Shown in pieces: positions 1 to 7,812 of a DNA stretch of 32,823 nucleotides. Numbering within the stretch: the stretch's first letter is position 1; the number at the start of each line of letters is the position of its first letter. This DNA comes from Candidatus Woesearchaeota archaeon. Lineage in GTDB: Archaea > Nanobdellota > Nanobdellia > Woesearchaeales > JACPBO01. Under the pieces are notes generated by a model. The model was not told the DNA's origin. It saw nothing but the letters and a program-made list of their open reading frames with translations, and ran no database searches. The stretch is from NCBI GenBank assembly GCA_016180285.1, contig JACPBO010000008.1:1-32823 (forward strand). The letters are read 5' to 3'. The position numbers and the translations under genes are program-made.

Positions 1-104
1 AGCTTGGGTTTATTGCCTTTGGCCTGACAATGGGGCAGATATTGAATATTGCGATGTTTTTAATAGGCGCATTGTTTTTGGCTAGGATCATAAGAAAGAA
101 ATAG
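1..104 (+). CDS. lgt: 3' end (partial) of prolipoprotein diacylglyceryl transferase Lgt
   Basis: The frame from nt 3 reads LGFIAFGLTMGQILNIAMFLIGALFLARIIRKK* (TAG 102-104). LTMGQILxxxM followed by a final TM helix and basic tail matches the C-terminal signature of Lgt (E. coli ISMGQILSIPM). Not in the ORF track; only 33 aa are visible. Confidence 0.72.
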   Translation, partial: LGFIAFGLTMGQILNIAMFLIGALFLARIIRKK

Positions 105-956
105 GCTCTTATTTAGTTTTCCTTCAATATTATTCGGATCAGCCAGTTTATAGCATTGCTTCATTGCCTCATTGATCAGTATTGTTTCCAATTCTTTTTG
201 ATTTTTAAAATAAACCTTTTTAGTATCTAGTGGATCTTCAGTATTTCCTGTGGCCAATTCACAGCTATTATTGCCTCTATTCTTAACGTATATGGGGTCG
301 CCAACTGTTATTCTGTAATCTAGTTTTCCATGTTTTTTAATGTAATTTTCGATTATTTTTTTGTTTTTTCTTTTCCTGTCAAATATTGTTGGTTTCATGT
401 ATTCTGGAACATCCACATAAATGCCAATTGGAACTATTGGCTTTTCGGAAATTAAAGCAATATGAGCTGCTCCTCTGTGAAGAGGGGGCCTTTTCCCGTT
501 CTCGGCATACTCTCTGGCATCCATAGTGGGCCCCTCGGGGAAAATGGCAATAATGCTTTTTCTAAAATTCAAGTAATCAATTGATCTCTTTATAGCATTC
601 TTATTGCTGGATTTGCCTTCTAACACGCTAACCCCTATATGCCCCCACATCCATATCAGGAAATTGTAAAGTGTTCTTCTTGCATAGCTCAGCCTATTCT
701 CAGGATCTTCTTTTTGAATCCAAAAGTGAATAATTCTTTGCTCATAAGCTCCCAGGATAAGGCCGTCTGCATATGTTGCGTGATTGCAAACTTCTATAAA
801 AGAATCATCTTTTGGTTTTTTCTCTGAGCCGATTACATTAATATTTAATCTTCTTTGAAGGCTCCACCTTGCAATAGGCCTGCTTAATTTCTGGCTTACA
901 ACTTCAATAAGCCTTTTTGCGTTGTATTTGGCTTTTTCCCTGCGGGTATAGCTCAT
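60..956 (-). CDS. Lysophospholipid/glycerolipid acyltransferase family protein (PlsC-like)
   Basis: Catalytic NHxxxxD (CNHATYADG), IFPEG, and GAAHIA...PIVPIGI motifs. The 3' end overlaps the convergent lgt-like gene by 45 nt. Confidence 0.82.
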   Translation of the reverse strand: MSYTRREKAKYNAKRLIEVVSQKLSRPIARWSLQRRLNINVIGSEKKPKDDSFIEVCNHATYADGLILGAYEQRIIHFWIQKEDPENRLSYARRTLYNFLIWMWGHIGVSVLEGKSSNKNAIKRSIDYLNFRKSIIAIFPEGPTMDAREYAENGKRPPLHRGAAHIALISEKPIVPIGIYVDVPEYMKPTIFDRKRKNKKIIENYIKKHGKLDYRITVGDPIYVKNRGNNSCELATGNTEDPLDTKKVYFKNQKELETILINEAMKQCYKLADPNNIEGKLNKSLFLSYDPSQKQCAY

Positions 957-1042
957 TTCACTATAGAAAGATGGCTGTGTTCTAATATTTTTCTAAATTT
1001 TTGCAGTTCACTATTTGTTGTAATATTGAATGGCATCATATA

Positions 1043-1119
1043 ATGTCAAAAATTTTCCACCAGTTTTTAACTGGTTGCTAAAAGCCAACTTTTTTCGCTT
1101 ATGGAAAATTTTTGAGCAT
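1043..1119. repeat. Structured dispersed element, copy A (14-bp inverted arms enclosing two hairpins)
   Basis: tcaaaaattttcca (1046-1059) pairs with tggaaaatttttga (1102-1115). Internal hairpins are ccagtt/aactgg and gttgct/agccaac. The reverse complement aligns with 27084-27151. Confidence 0.8.
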
Positions 1120-1126
1120 GATCAAG

Positions 1127-1179
1127 TGTCAAAAATGCTTGCATTTTTGAGCAAATTGGAAATGTGAACATTTCCAATT
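1127..1179. repeat. Two adjacent near-perfect palindromes
   Basis: tg-tcaaaaatgc-tt-gcatttttga-g-ca (1127-1153) and aattggaaatgt-ga-acatttccaatt (1154-1179). Confidence 0.85.
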
Positions 1180-1812
1180 AACCACCTGATGCGGTGAATA
1201 GCAGCAACATTCCACCCATCTTGAAAGTTTTACAAATAAATTTTTGTGTTCTTCTTTTGTTTCAACAAGGCGAAGATGTTTCAGCCCTTTGTGTTTGTAA
1301 GTCCCGCTAACGTGATATGATAAAAGAGCAATTGACAGGCTGGTTTTCTTTTTTAGTTCATTGAGTGATAAATGGCTGTCTGAATTCAATGCTTTCATGA
1401 TTTTTAGCTTGTTATCGCTCAATTCATTGTAATAAGACAGTTTCATTATTGGCAAAAGCATTACTGTATCCCCCATAACTCCGAATGCCTTCAGGCCATT
1501 TGCAAATGCCGCGCTCAATGCAGCGCAAGTGCTTATCCTGTCGCCAGTTGCAACATTTACCAGCAATTTCTCGGAAGAATAAACAGAGCACAATTTTCCA
1601 AAAGCCTTAAACATTTCTTCCATCATATTGCCGCTTATTTCAACAATTTCTGACTTTATTGTAAAGTTTTCAAGGTTTTTTGAAAGCCCCCTGGCGGCCT
1701 TTAGATTCTCGCTTGGAGTTATCAAAATCACTTTTTCCGTAGGAAATTCCTTCATGCCGATAAATAATGCCTTAAGATTGTCTCCTACCGGCGCTATGAC
1801 TACAAAGCTCAT
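1129..1812 (-). CDS. CARF-like Rossmann domain + winged-HTH transcriptional regulator (Csa3/DUF6293-like); C-terminus probably frameshifted
   Basis: N-terminal VIAPVG..., EKVILI and LVNVATGDR motifs; C-terminal wHTH (LSLNELKKKTSLSIALLSYHV...LKHLRLVE). The ATG at 1812 lies 23 nt after TTTAAAAG. Confidence 0.7.
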   Translation of the reverse strand: MSFVVIAPVGDNLKALFIGMKEFPTEKVILITPSENLKAARGLSKNLENFTIKSEIVEISGNMMEEMFKAFGKLCSVYSSEKLLVNVATGDRISTCAALSAAFANGLKAFGVMGDTVMLLPIMKLSYYNELSDNKLKIMKALNSDSHLSLNELKKKTSLSIALLSYHVSGTYKHKGLKHLRLVETKEEHKNLFVKLSRWVECCCYSPHQVVNWKCSHFQFAQKCKHF

Positions 1813-1840
1813 AATCAACAGAAATAACTAAAAGCTTTTA

Positions 1841-1883
1841 AATATTTTGTTTTTAAAATCAAAATATTGTTTTGACGGTCAAA
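1841..1883. promoter_or_regulatory. Palindromic candidate operators in the divergent promoter
   Basis: 28-bp palindrome aatattttg-t-ttttaaaa-t-caaaatatt (1841-1868, one mismatched pair) and tttgac-g-gtcaaa (1871-1883), between the two TATA-like boxes. Confidence 0.55.
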
Positions 1884-1942
1884 GGTTAATAAAATATACA
1901 CTCGCACAACTATAATTAAAAATAAAATTATGGAGGTTTAAA

Positions 1943-2338
1943 ATGGAAAAAACAATCAATTATTCGATATTGGGGTTGCTTTTTGTTCTGGCTGTGCTTG
2001 CAGGATGCGCAAAAAGCCAAACTGCGAGCCCTGTAACTGGGCACAGCACAGAAACTGCATCATCTGGAAATTTACGCCATTTAGTGCTTGAAATAAAAGG
2101 CATGTACTGCGCGTCTTGCGGTCCTGGCGTTGCAAAAATGATTTCAGAGATTGATGGGGTAGTTGTTTCAAGAGTAAGCAATGCAGATGATAAAGGTGAA
2201 TTCATATATGATGCAAATAAGGTGAGTAAAGAGCACATCGTGAGTATGCTTAAAGACACTTACTCTGGAAAAGTCTTGTTAGATATGCCTGCACCAGAAG
2301 AAATGATCAACACTGTAAAAGCGCTAAAAAATAACTGA
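1943..2338 (+). CDS. Predicted lipoprotein with heavy-metal-associated (HMA, MerP/CopZ-like) domain
   Basis: Signal peptide ending in the lipobox LAGC; GMYCASC metal-binding motif; GGAGGT SD. Confidence 0.85.
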   Translation: MEKTINYSILGLLFVLAVLAGCAKSQTASPVTGHSTETASSGNLRHLVLEIKGMYCASCGPGVAKMISEIDGVVVSRVSNADDKGEFIYDANKVSKEHIVSMLKDTYSGKVLLDMPAPEEMINTVKALKNN

Positions 2339-2340
2339 CG

Positions 2341-2697
2341 ATGGAACAAAAAGATTTTGGCATAAAAAAAGGCATGGGCTTTGGAGCAGCAGGCGCTGCA
2401 ATTGCCTCACTGTGCTGTATAACCCCCTTAGTTATTGTATTTTTTGGGCTTGGAAGCTTATCTTTTGCATTGAGCTTTTCAAAGTATAAGCCATTTTTTC
2501 TTATTGCGGGGGCATTGTTTGTATTGTTCGCAATACTCATCAATGTAAGGAAAGAAGGCAGTGCCTGCTCAATAGATCCAAATGCAATCAAAAGAAAGAA
2601 GTACTTCATCGCAACAATTATTGTTATAATGGCGGTGATTTATTTATTAATGCAGTACTTTATATTGCCCTTACTTGGGAAGATTGTTTATGCATGA
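2341..2697 (+). CDS. MerT/MerF-like heavy-metal transporter
   Basis: ASLCCITPLV vicinal Cys pair in TM1, three hydrophobic helices and a loop Cys; starts 2 nt after the HMA gene. Confidence 0.78.
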   Translation: MEQKDFGIKKGMGFGAAGAAIASLCCITPLVIVFFGLGSLSFALSFSKYKPFFLIAGALFVLFAILINVRKEGSACSIDPNAIKRKKYFIATIIVIMAVIYLLMQYFILPLLGKIVYA

Positions 2698-2729
2698 TGC
2701 TGAAACTACGCCTTTAGGCACAACTAGAA

Positions 2730-3041
2730 TTATACATCAATCATCTCAATCTCTATATTCAGGCCTTCAGGAATAGGAACGCGCATAACCAATCTCAAGG
2801 CTCTTTCATCAATGCCCAGGTCTATGAGCCTTTTGTGGATCCTCATCTCGTAATGGTCCCACATTGCTGTACCGCCGCCATCAGGGCCTTTTCTGGTGGT
2901 TAACCTGAGCTTTTTAGTAGGCAAAGGAATAGGGCCGCGCATATCGACTCCAGTTTTTTCAGCTATCTCTTGTATGCTTCTGCACACTTCATTTATCTGC
3001 TCTATGTTTGTGCTTGCTAGTTTTATTCTTGCTTTTTGCAT
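2730..3041 (-). CDS. rps10: 30S ribosomal protein S10 (uS10)
   Basis: [11 protein letters not shown] and HKRLID motifs; downstream of tuf. Confidence 0.98.
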   Translation of the reverse strand: MQKARIKLASTNIEQINEVCRSIQEIAEKTGVDMRGPIPLPTKKLRLTTRKGPDGGGTAMWDHYEMRIHKRLIDLGIDERALRLVMRVPIPEGLNIEIEMIDV

Positions 3042-3125
3042 TTTGGTTTCCTTGTTTTGTTGCTGAAGTCGTTTGCCGCATGATGAGCTTCAGTTCACCA
3101 TGTCCCTAGTTAAAGGGAAAAAAGT

Positions 3126-4415
3126 TTAGGCCTTTTTGACCAAGTCAATACACATGCCGGCAGCGACTGTTGCTCCTGAATCACGCACAGCAAACCTCGA
3201 CATATGCGGGATGTCCTTCTGCCTTTCAATGACCAACGGAACAACAGGCTTAACCTGTACAATTGCAGCATCCCCGTTTTTGATAAAATCAGGATTTTCC
3301 TGCAGTGTCTCGCCAGTTGCCGGGTTCAGCTTTTTCTTTATAGCTATTATTTGGCATGCTGTTTGTGAAGTGTGAATATGGAACACTGGCGTGTAGCCCA
3401 CTGTTACAACAGTTGGATGGTTCAATACAACAATCTGCGCTGTAAACTCTGTTGCAACTGTTGGCGGATTGTCAGTATGGCCAAGAACATCGCCTCTCGT
3501 AATATCATTTTTGCCGATTCCCCTGACGTTAAATCCGATGTTGTCTCCTGGCTCAGCCTGCTGCATCTGCTCATGGTGCATCTCTATGGTTTTTACTTCT
3601 CCCTGCACGCCTTTTCCTTCTCTGCCAGGCATGAATACAACTTTGTCGCCAACTTTTATTATGCCAGTTTCAACTCTGCCGACAGGTACAACTCCGATTC
3701 CTGTGATGTTGTAAACATCCTGTATCGGAAGCCTTAACGGAAGTTGTGTTGGCTTTTCAGGAGGATTCAGATTGTCAATTGCCTCCATTAATGTAGGGCC
3801 TTTATACCAGGGCATATTCACTGACTTGTTTACAATATTTTCGCCAGGATAAGCTGCTGTTGCCAGGAACTGTATTTTGCTTGGGTCATAGCCAACGCTT
3901 TTCAATAATGCGCTTACTTCGTCCTTGACTTGAGTCCATCTTTTTTCATCAAACTTTGCCATGTCCATTTTGTTAATAGAAATTATTAATTGGTTGACAC
4001 CCAATGTTCTTGCCAGAAAAACGTGCTCTTTTGTCTGAGCCTGCACACCGTCTCCCGGATTTGCGCTTACAACTAAGACGCCTGCATCTGCCTGGGCTGC
4101 TCCTGTAATCATATTTTTAATAAAGTCTTTATGGCCAGGAGCGTCAATTATTGTGAAATAGTATTTTGGCGTATTAAATTTCTGGTGGCTAAGGTCAATT
4201 GTAACTCCCCTTTCCTGCTCTTCTTTAAGATTGTCCATTACGAATGCAAATTCAAAGCCAGGCTTTCCAACTTCCTTTGCTCTCTCTTTTAGCTTTCTGA
4301 GTGTTGCCTCGTCAATATGCTTAGAATCGTACAATAATCTGCCGACAGTCGTTGATTTACCATGATCTACATGCCCGATAAATACAAGGTTTATATGTGT
4401 TTTTTCTTTTGCCAT
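3126..4415 (-). CDS. tuf: Translation elongation factor aEF-1alpha
   Basis: [20 protein letters not shown] and NKMD motifs; GGAGG SD. Confidence 0.99.
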   Translation of the reverse strand: MAKEKTHINLVFIGHVDHGKSTTVGRLLYDSKHIDEATLRKLKERAKEVGKPGFEFAFVMDNLKEEQERGVTIDLSHQKFNTPKYYFTIIDAPGHKDFIKNMITGAAQADAGVLVVSANPGDGVQAQTKEHVFLARTLGVNQLIISINKMDMAKFDEKRWTQVKDEVSALLKSVGYDPSKIQFLATAAYPGENIVNKSVNMPWYKGPTLMEAIDNLNPPEKPTQLPLRLPIQDVYNITGIGVVPVGRVETGIIKVGDKVVFMPGREGKGVQGEVKTIEMHHEQMQQAEPGDNIGFNVRGIGKNDITRGDVLGHTDNPPTVATEFTAQIVVLNHPTVVTVGYTPVFHIHTSQTACQIIAIKKKLNPATGETLQENPDFIKNGDAAIVQVKPVVPLVIERQKDIPHMSRFAVRDSGATVAAGMCIDLVKKA

Positions 4416-4599
4416 GTTTAAAACCTCCTATATGCTAAATATGCATTAAAAGGTATTTTGAGTTTATTTATAAAGGTTATGGTTGCTTCTTAAATATTGC
4501 TGAAAATGCGGTATTCTTGGCTTAATTTGAGTTTATTTATTAACTTTACGGTAGTTGCAAAATAAAAAGAATTATAAATACCCGAATATCTCTCTTGCC

Positions 4600-5874
4600 A
4601 TGGAAATTGGCATTATTGGTTTGGGTGACATGGGGAAATTATATGCCCGCGAATTTTCTAGATGCGGTTACAGGGTTAATGGCTGTGATCTGCCTGAAAA
4701 AAGAAGTCAATTAGAGCAGGAATTGCAGGGAACTGGTGTTTGTATTTTAGATGACGGAATTGCTGTTTCTAGAAGAAGCGATTTTATATTTTATTCAGTA
4801 GAAGCAGAAAATATTGGCAGAGTTGTGAGGCAATGCAGCCCATCAACAAAACAAGGAGCAATAGTTGCAGGCCAAACTTCTGTCAAGACGCCCGAGATTG
4901 AAGCTTTTGAGAAATATCTGCCTGAAGACGCGAATATAGTTACTTGCCATTCTTTGCATGGCTCTTCAGTTAGCCCTGATGGGCAAGGCTTAGCAGTTAT
5001 AAGGCACAGAAGTTCTGATTATGCTTATAAAAGGGCAATTGAAACTTTAAGTAAATTAGGCTCAAGAATTATAGAAATTCCAACTTATCAAGAGCACGAT
5101 AGAATCACAGCAGATACGCAAGCAAACCCCCATGTAGGATTTGAGAGCATGGGAACAGCATGGAAAAATGCAGGTTTTTACCCTTGGGAAAGCCCATCTT
5201 ATACTAATAGAATTGACAACATAAAGATATTGTTAATGCTGAGAATTTATGGCGGGAAAGCGCACGTATACTCCGGGTTAGCAATTCTAAATCCTTTTGC
5301 AAAGGAACAGATTAGCCAATATGCAAAATCAGAATCAGAATTGTTTAAATTAATGATTCAAGAAGATGAAAAACAGCTCAGAGACCGGATAAGAAAAGCA
5401 GGCGATTTTGTGTTTGGGAATGAAGATTCAACATTAGTATTGGACAAATTATTTAAAGAACCAAATGTTACGATACAATTTGGCTTAGGCAGCCAGCCAA
5501 AAAGAAAGCCAAATTCCCACCTAAGCCTTTTGGCAATGGTTGATGCTTGGTATCAACTAGGGATAAATCCTTACAAAAACAGAGTGTGCGAAACGCCCTT
5601 ATTCAAGCTCTGGTTAGGAATTGCAGAATACCTATTCAGAACTCCTGAGCTTCTTGAAGAATCACTCCAAACAGCATTATTCGATAAAAAATTAAGAGGA
5701 GATGATTTAGAATTCCATACTGCTGTCAGGGAATGGTCTTCGATAATTGGTCGTGGCGATGTTGAAGGATATAAGCAGCAATTTAATGCCGCTAAGGAAT
5801 TTTTTAAAGATAGAATTCCTGAAGGAATGAAAAGAAGCAACGAGCTTATTACGAAATTAGCTAGTTCAAAATAG
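4600..5874 (+). CDS. tyrA: Prephenate dehydrogenase, long fungal/Tyr1-like type
   Basis: IGIIGLGDMG Rossmann motif, GQTSVK, CHSLHG, EHDRITADTQA and an extended C-terminus. The ATG at 4600 follows a TTATAAATA box. Confidence 0.88.
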   Translation: MEIGIIGLGDMGKLYAREFSRCGYRVNGCDLPEKRSQLEQELQGTGVCILDDGIAVSRRSDFIFYSVEAENIGRVVRQCSPSTKQGAIVAGQTSVKTPEIEAFEKYLPEDANIVTCHSLHGSSVSPDGQGLAVIRHRSSDYAYKRAIETLSKLGSRIIEIPTYQEHDRITADTQANPHVGFESMGTAWKNAGFYPWESPSYTNRIDNIKILLMLRIYGGKAHVYSGLAILNPFAKEQISQYAKSESELFKLMIQEDEKQLRDRIRKAGDFVFGNEDSTLVLDKLFKEPNVTIQFGLGSQPKRKPNSHLSLLAMVDAWYQLGINPYKNRVCETPLFKLWLGIAEYLFRTPELLEESLQTALFDKKLRGDDLEFHTAVREWSSIIGRGDVEGYKQQFNAAKEFFKDRIPEGMKRSNELITKLASSK

Positions 5875-5929
5875 GCAGTATTTGAACCTCAACCAGAAGT
5901 TTTTTATATTTCAATGAAATTTCAGGCTT

Positions 5930-7084
5930 ATGGGGGATCTCGAAGCTAAATTAATCCGCACAATTAACCTTAACGGCAAAGATGTTGGTGTATTTCTCGC
6001 ATTCAATAAACAGCAATACTGTGAAAACGATTTCTCTTTCGATTTTGGCAACTTGGTCAACGCATATAGCCGGAGAAAAAAGCCGAACGATCTAAAAAGA
6101 AACAGGCGCTTAATGATGGCAGCAAAAATCGATTCAAATATTTTTCTGGGAAGCCGCATTTTGTTTGCCGACTTTGAAAAGAAAGTTGAAACTATCTATG
6201 CAGAGATCTTCTTAGATATGCTAAAAGAATTTCCTTTGCCTTTGCATCTCGGGGAGCAGGCGCTTTTCCCGCCTAAAAAAATAACGCTTGAGGTGTCGAG
6301 GGCAATAGAGGATGAAGCAGAGAACACAGCGACAATCGATGAAAAAAACTCAACAAAAGAGCACTGCATAGTCAAGTATCACGGAAGGGCGTTGGCTGAG
6401 AGGCTTTTTCCAACATTCTTCCTTAATGGAGGGAGCATACAATCTATAAAAAAATCATCCCGTCATGAAATGGTGCATTTTATTGACCTGTTTACAATTA
6501 ACAAAGCTGAAAGGGAAGGCTTAATGCTTCTTGAAGAACTAAATGCGCCTTATTCAGCAAGAAAGCTGTATTATCTGATATTTGAATTTCTTAAGGAAGC
6601 AAGGGCAACAACATATGAATTCATTGATTATCATAAGCTGATTTTTAAAGAAGAGAAAGGCAAAAATTTCAGAAACAGCATCATAGAAATGTGCAAAGAA
6701 AATGACATCGGCAGGGTTAAAGAGATTTACGATAAGAAAATAGATGATGTAACAGGCATTTACAGGCAGTCTTTTTTGGCTGCATTTGGCTTGGGCGCAT
6801 CTTATGAAGGCTTAATAAACAAAAAAACAGAGCAAAGAGAAGATAAATTAATTATCACATGTTTGCCTCACGGCATCAGGGACAAGTTCATGAAGGACAC
6901 TGCCCTGATTCATCCTATGAAATTTATTGAAAGTTCCGCCAAGGCATTTAATGAGCATCAGCTGGAATTTTATTGTCCATTAACTCCCCAATTTGTGCAT
7001 TACGTTCTAGAAGAAACGTTAAAAGGAATGGAAAGAACAAACAAAGAAAAAATAAAAGAGCTTTTTTTCAATCAAACCTTGTAA
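5930..7084 (+). CDS. Hypothetical protein with HExxH motif
   Basis: 384-aa ORF with SRHEMVH followed by a downstream EARA; TATA-like box ~21 nt upstream. Confidence 0.65.
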   Translation: MGDLEAKLIRTINLNGKDVGVFLAFNKQQYCENDFSFDFGNLVNAYSRRKKPNDLKRNRRLMMAAKIDSNIFLGSRILFADFEKKVETIYAEIFLDMLKEFPLPLHLGEQALFPPKKITLEVSRAIEDEAENTATIDEKNSTKEHCIVKYHGRALAERLFPTFFLNGGSIQSIKKSSRHEMVHFIDLFTINKAEREGLMLLEELNAPYSARKLYYLIFEFLKEARATTYEFIDYHKLIFKEEKGKNFRNSIIEMCKENDIGRVKEIYDKKIDDVTGIYRQSFLAAFGLGASYEGLINKKTEQREDKLIITCLPHGIRDKFMKDTALIHPMKFIESSAKAFNEHQLEFYCPLTPQFVHYVLEETLKGMERTNKEKIKELFFNQTL

Positions 7085-7497
7085 ACCATGTCATGCTCCC
7101 TTGCGTGATCCGCAACCTTTAGTCCAATGCTCTGGCCTGCTTTTGCTTCCTGTATCTTATCATGCTCTATTTGCATGCTTTCGACTCTTTGCCTGAAGTC
7201 AGAGGTTGCGCCCTTTACATGTATTTCGTCGCCGATTCTTAATGTGCCGTTGAGCTTGATCACCGCAACACCTATGTTTGTAAAGTAATGCGTTACAGCT
7301 CCAATTTCCTTTTCCTGCGGCTGTTCAGCTGCTTGTTTTGGAGCTCTGACTGCCTTTTTAACAGCTTTCTTGACAATCTTCTTCACAGCCTTCTGAACCT
7401 TTTTCACAGCTTTTGCTGCTTTCTTAGCAGGCTTTTTGTATTTTTTCACAACTTTTCTTGCCAATTTTACTGCCTTTTTCTTTGACTTTTTAACCAC
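7072..7497 (-). CDS. Lys/Ala/Val-rich basic tail fused to an EF-Tu-domain-II-like/U32 C-terminal beta-barrel
   Basis: KKAVK-type repeats followed by IGAVTHYFTNIGVA...GDEIHVKG...VESMQIEH...GQSIGLKV; GTG start with GGGGTGA SD. Confidence 0.8.
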   Translation of the reverse strand: MVKKSKKKAVKLARKVVKKYKKPAKKAAKAVKKVQKAVKKIVKKAVKKAVRAPKQAAEQPQEKEIGAVTHYFTNIGVAVIKLNGTLRIGDEIHVKGATSDFRQRVESMQIEHDKIQEAKAGQSIGLKVADHAREHDMVYKV

Positions 7498-7578
7498 GTA
7501 ATATCACCCCATGCAGCATATAAAAGGAGCTATTTTATAAATTTTTGGGTTTTGGATAAGAAGTATGCGGTTTCTTGA

Positions 7579-7812
7579 CTATTTCGTCCCGGGCAACGGC
7601 CTCTTGACAGTTATCGGAACAGCATCCTTTTCAAACTCGATCTTCGCAATATCAATCGGGTTGTAATGCAGCCTCTCAAGATCTTCCTTAGAAAGCTTAA
7701 CCAGAAACGGGGCGCCCATTGAGATCTGCAATGCCCTGCTTCCGATGATCCTTACCTTTTCATACCTTGTGTATTTTATCGGTTCCTGGGGTAATTGTTT
7801 TGATTCTGCCAT
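7579..7812 (-). CDS. rpoK: DNA-directed RNA polymerase subunit K (Rpo6)
   Basis: [21 protein letters not shown]...PITVKR. Confidence 0.97.
   Translation of the reverse strand: MAESKQLPQEPIKYTRYEKVRIIGSRALQISMGAPFLVKLSKEDLERLHYNPIDIAKIEFEKDAVPITVKRPLPGTK

Noticed and set aside
1043..1119. c-di-GMP-I riboswitch, tRNA or canonical attC identity for the repeated element
   Set aside because: Only a loose GC.AAAGCC resemblance. It lacks the GGCAAAC/GAAA tetraloop, the T-loop/anticodon arms, and the RYYYAAC/GTTRRRY boxes.
1129..1812. CRISPR-Cas locus implied by the Csa3/CARF-like gene
   Set aside because: No cas genes or repeat-spacer array anywhere in the window.
3063..3087. C/D box sRNA (CTGA ... 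ATGATGA)
   Set aside because: Only one D/C pair, antisense to the tuf-rps10 mRNA, with no flanking C and D boxes.
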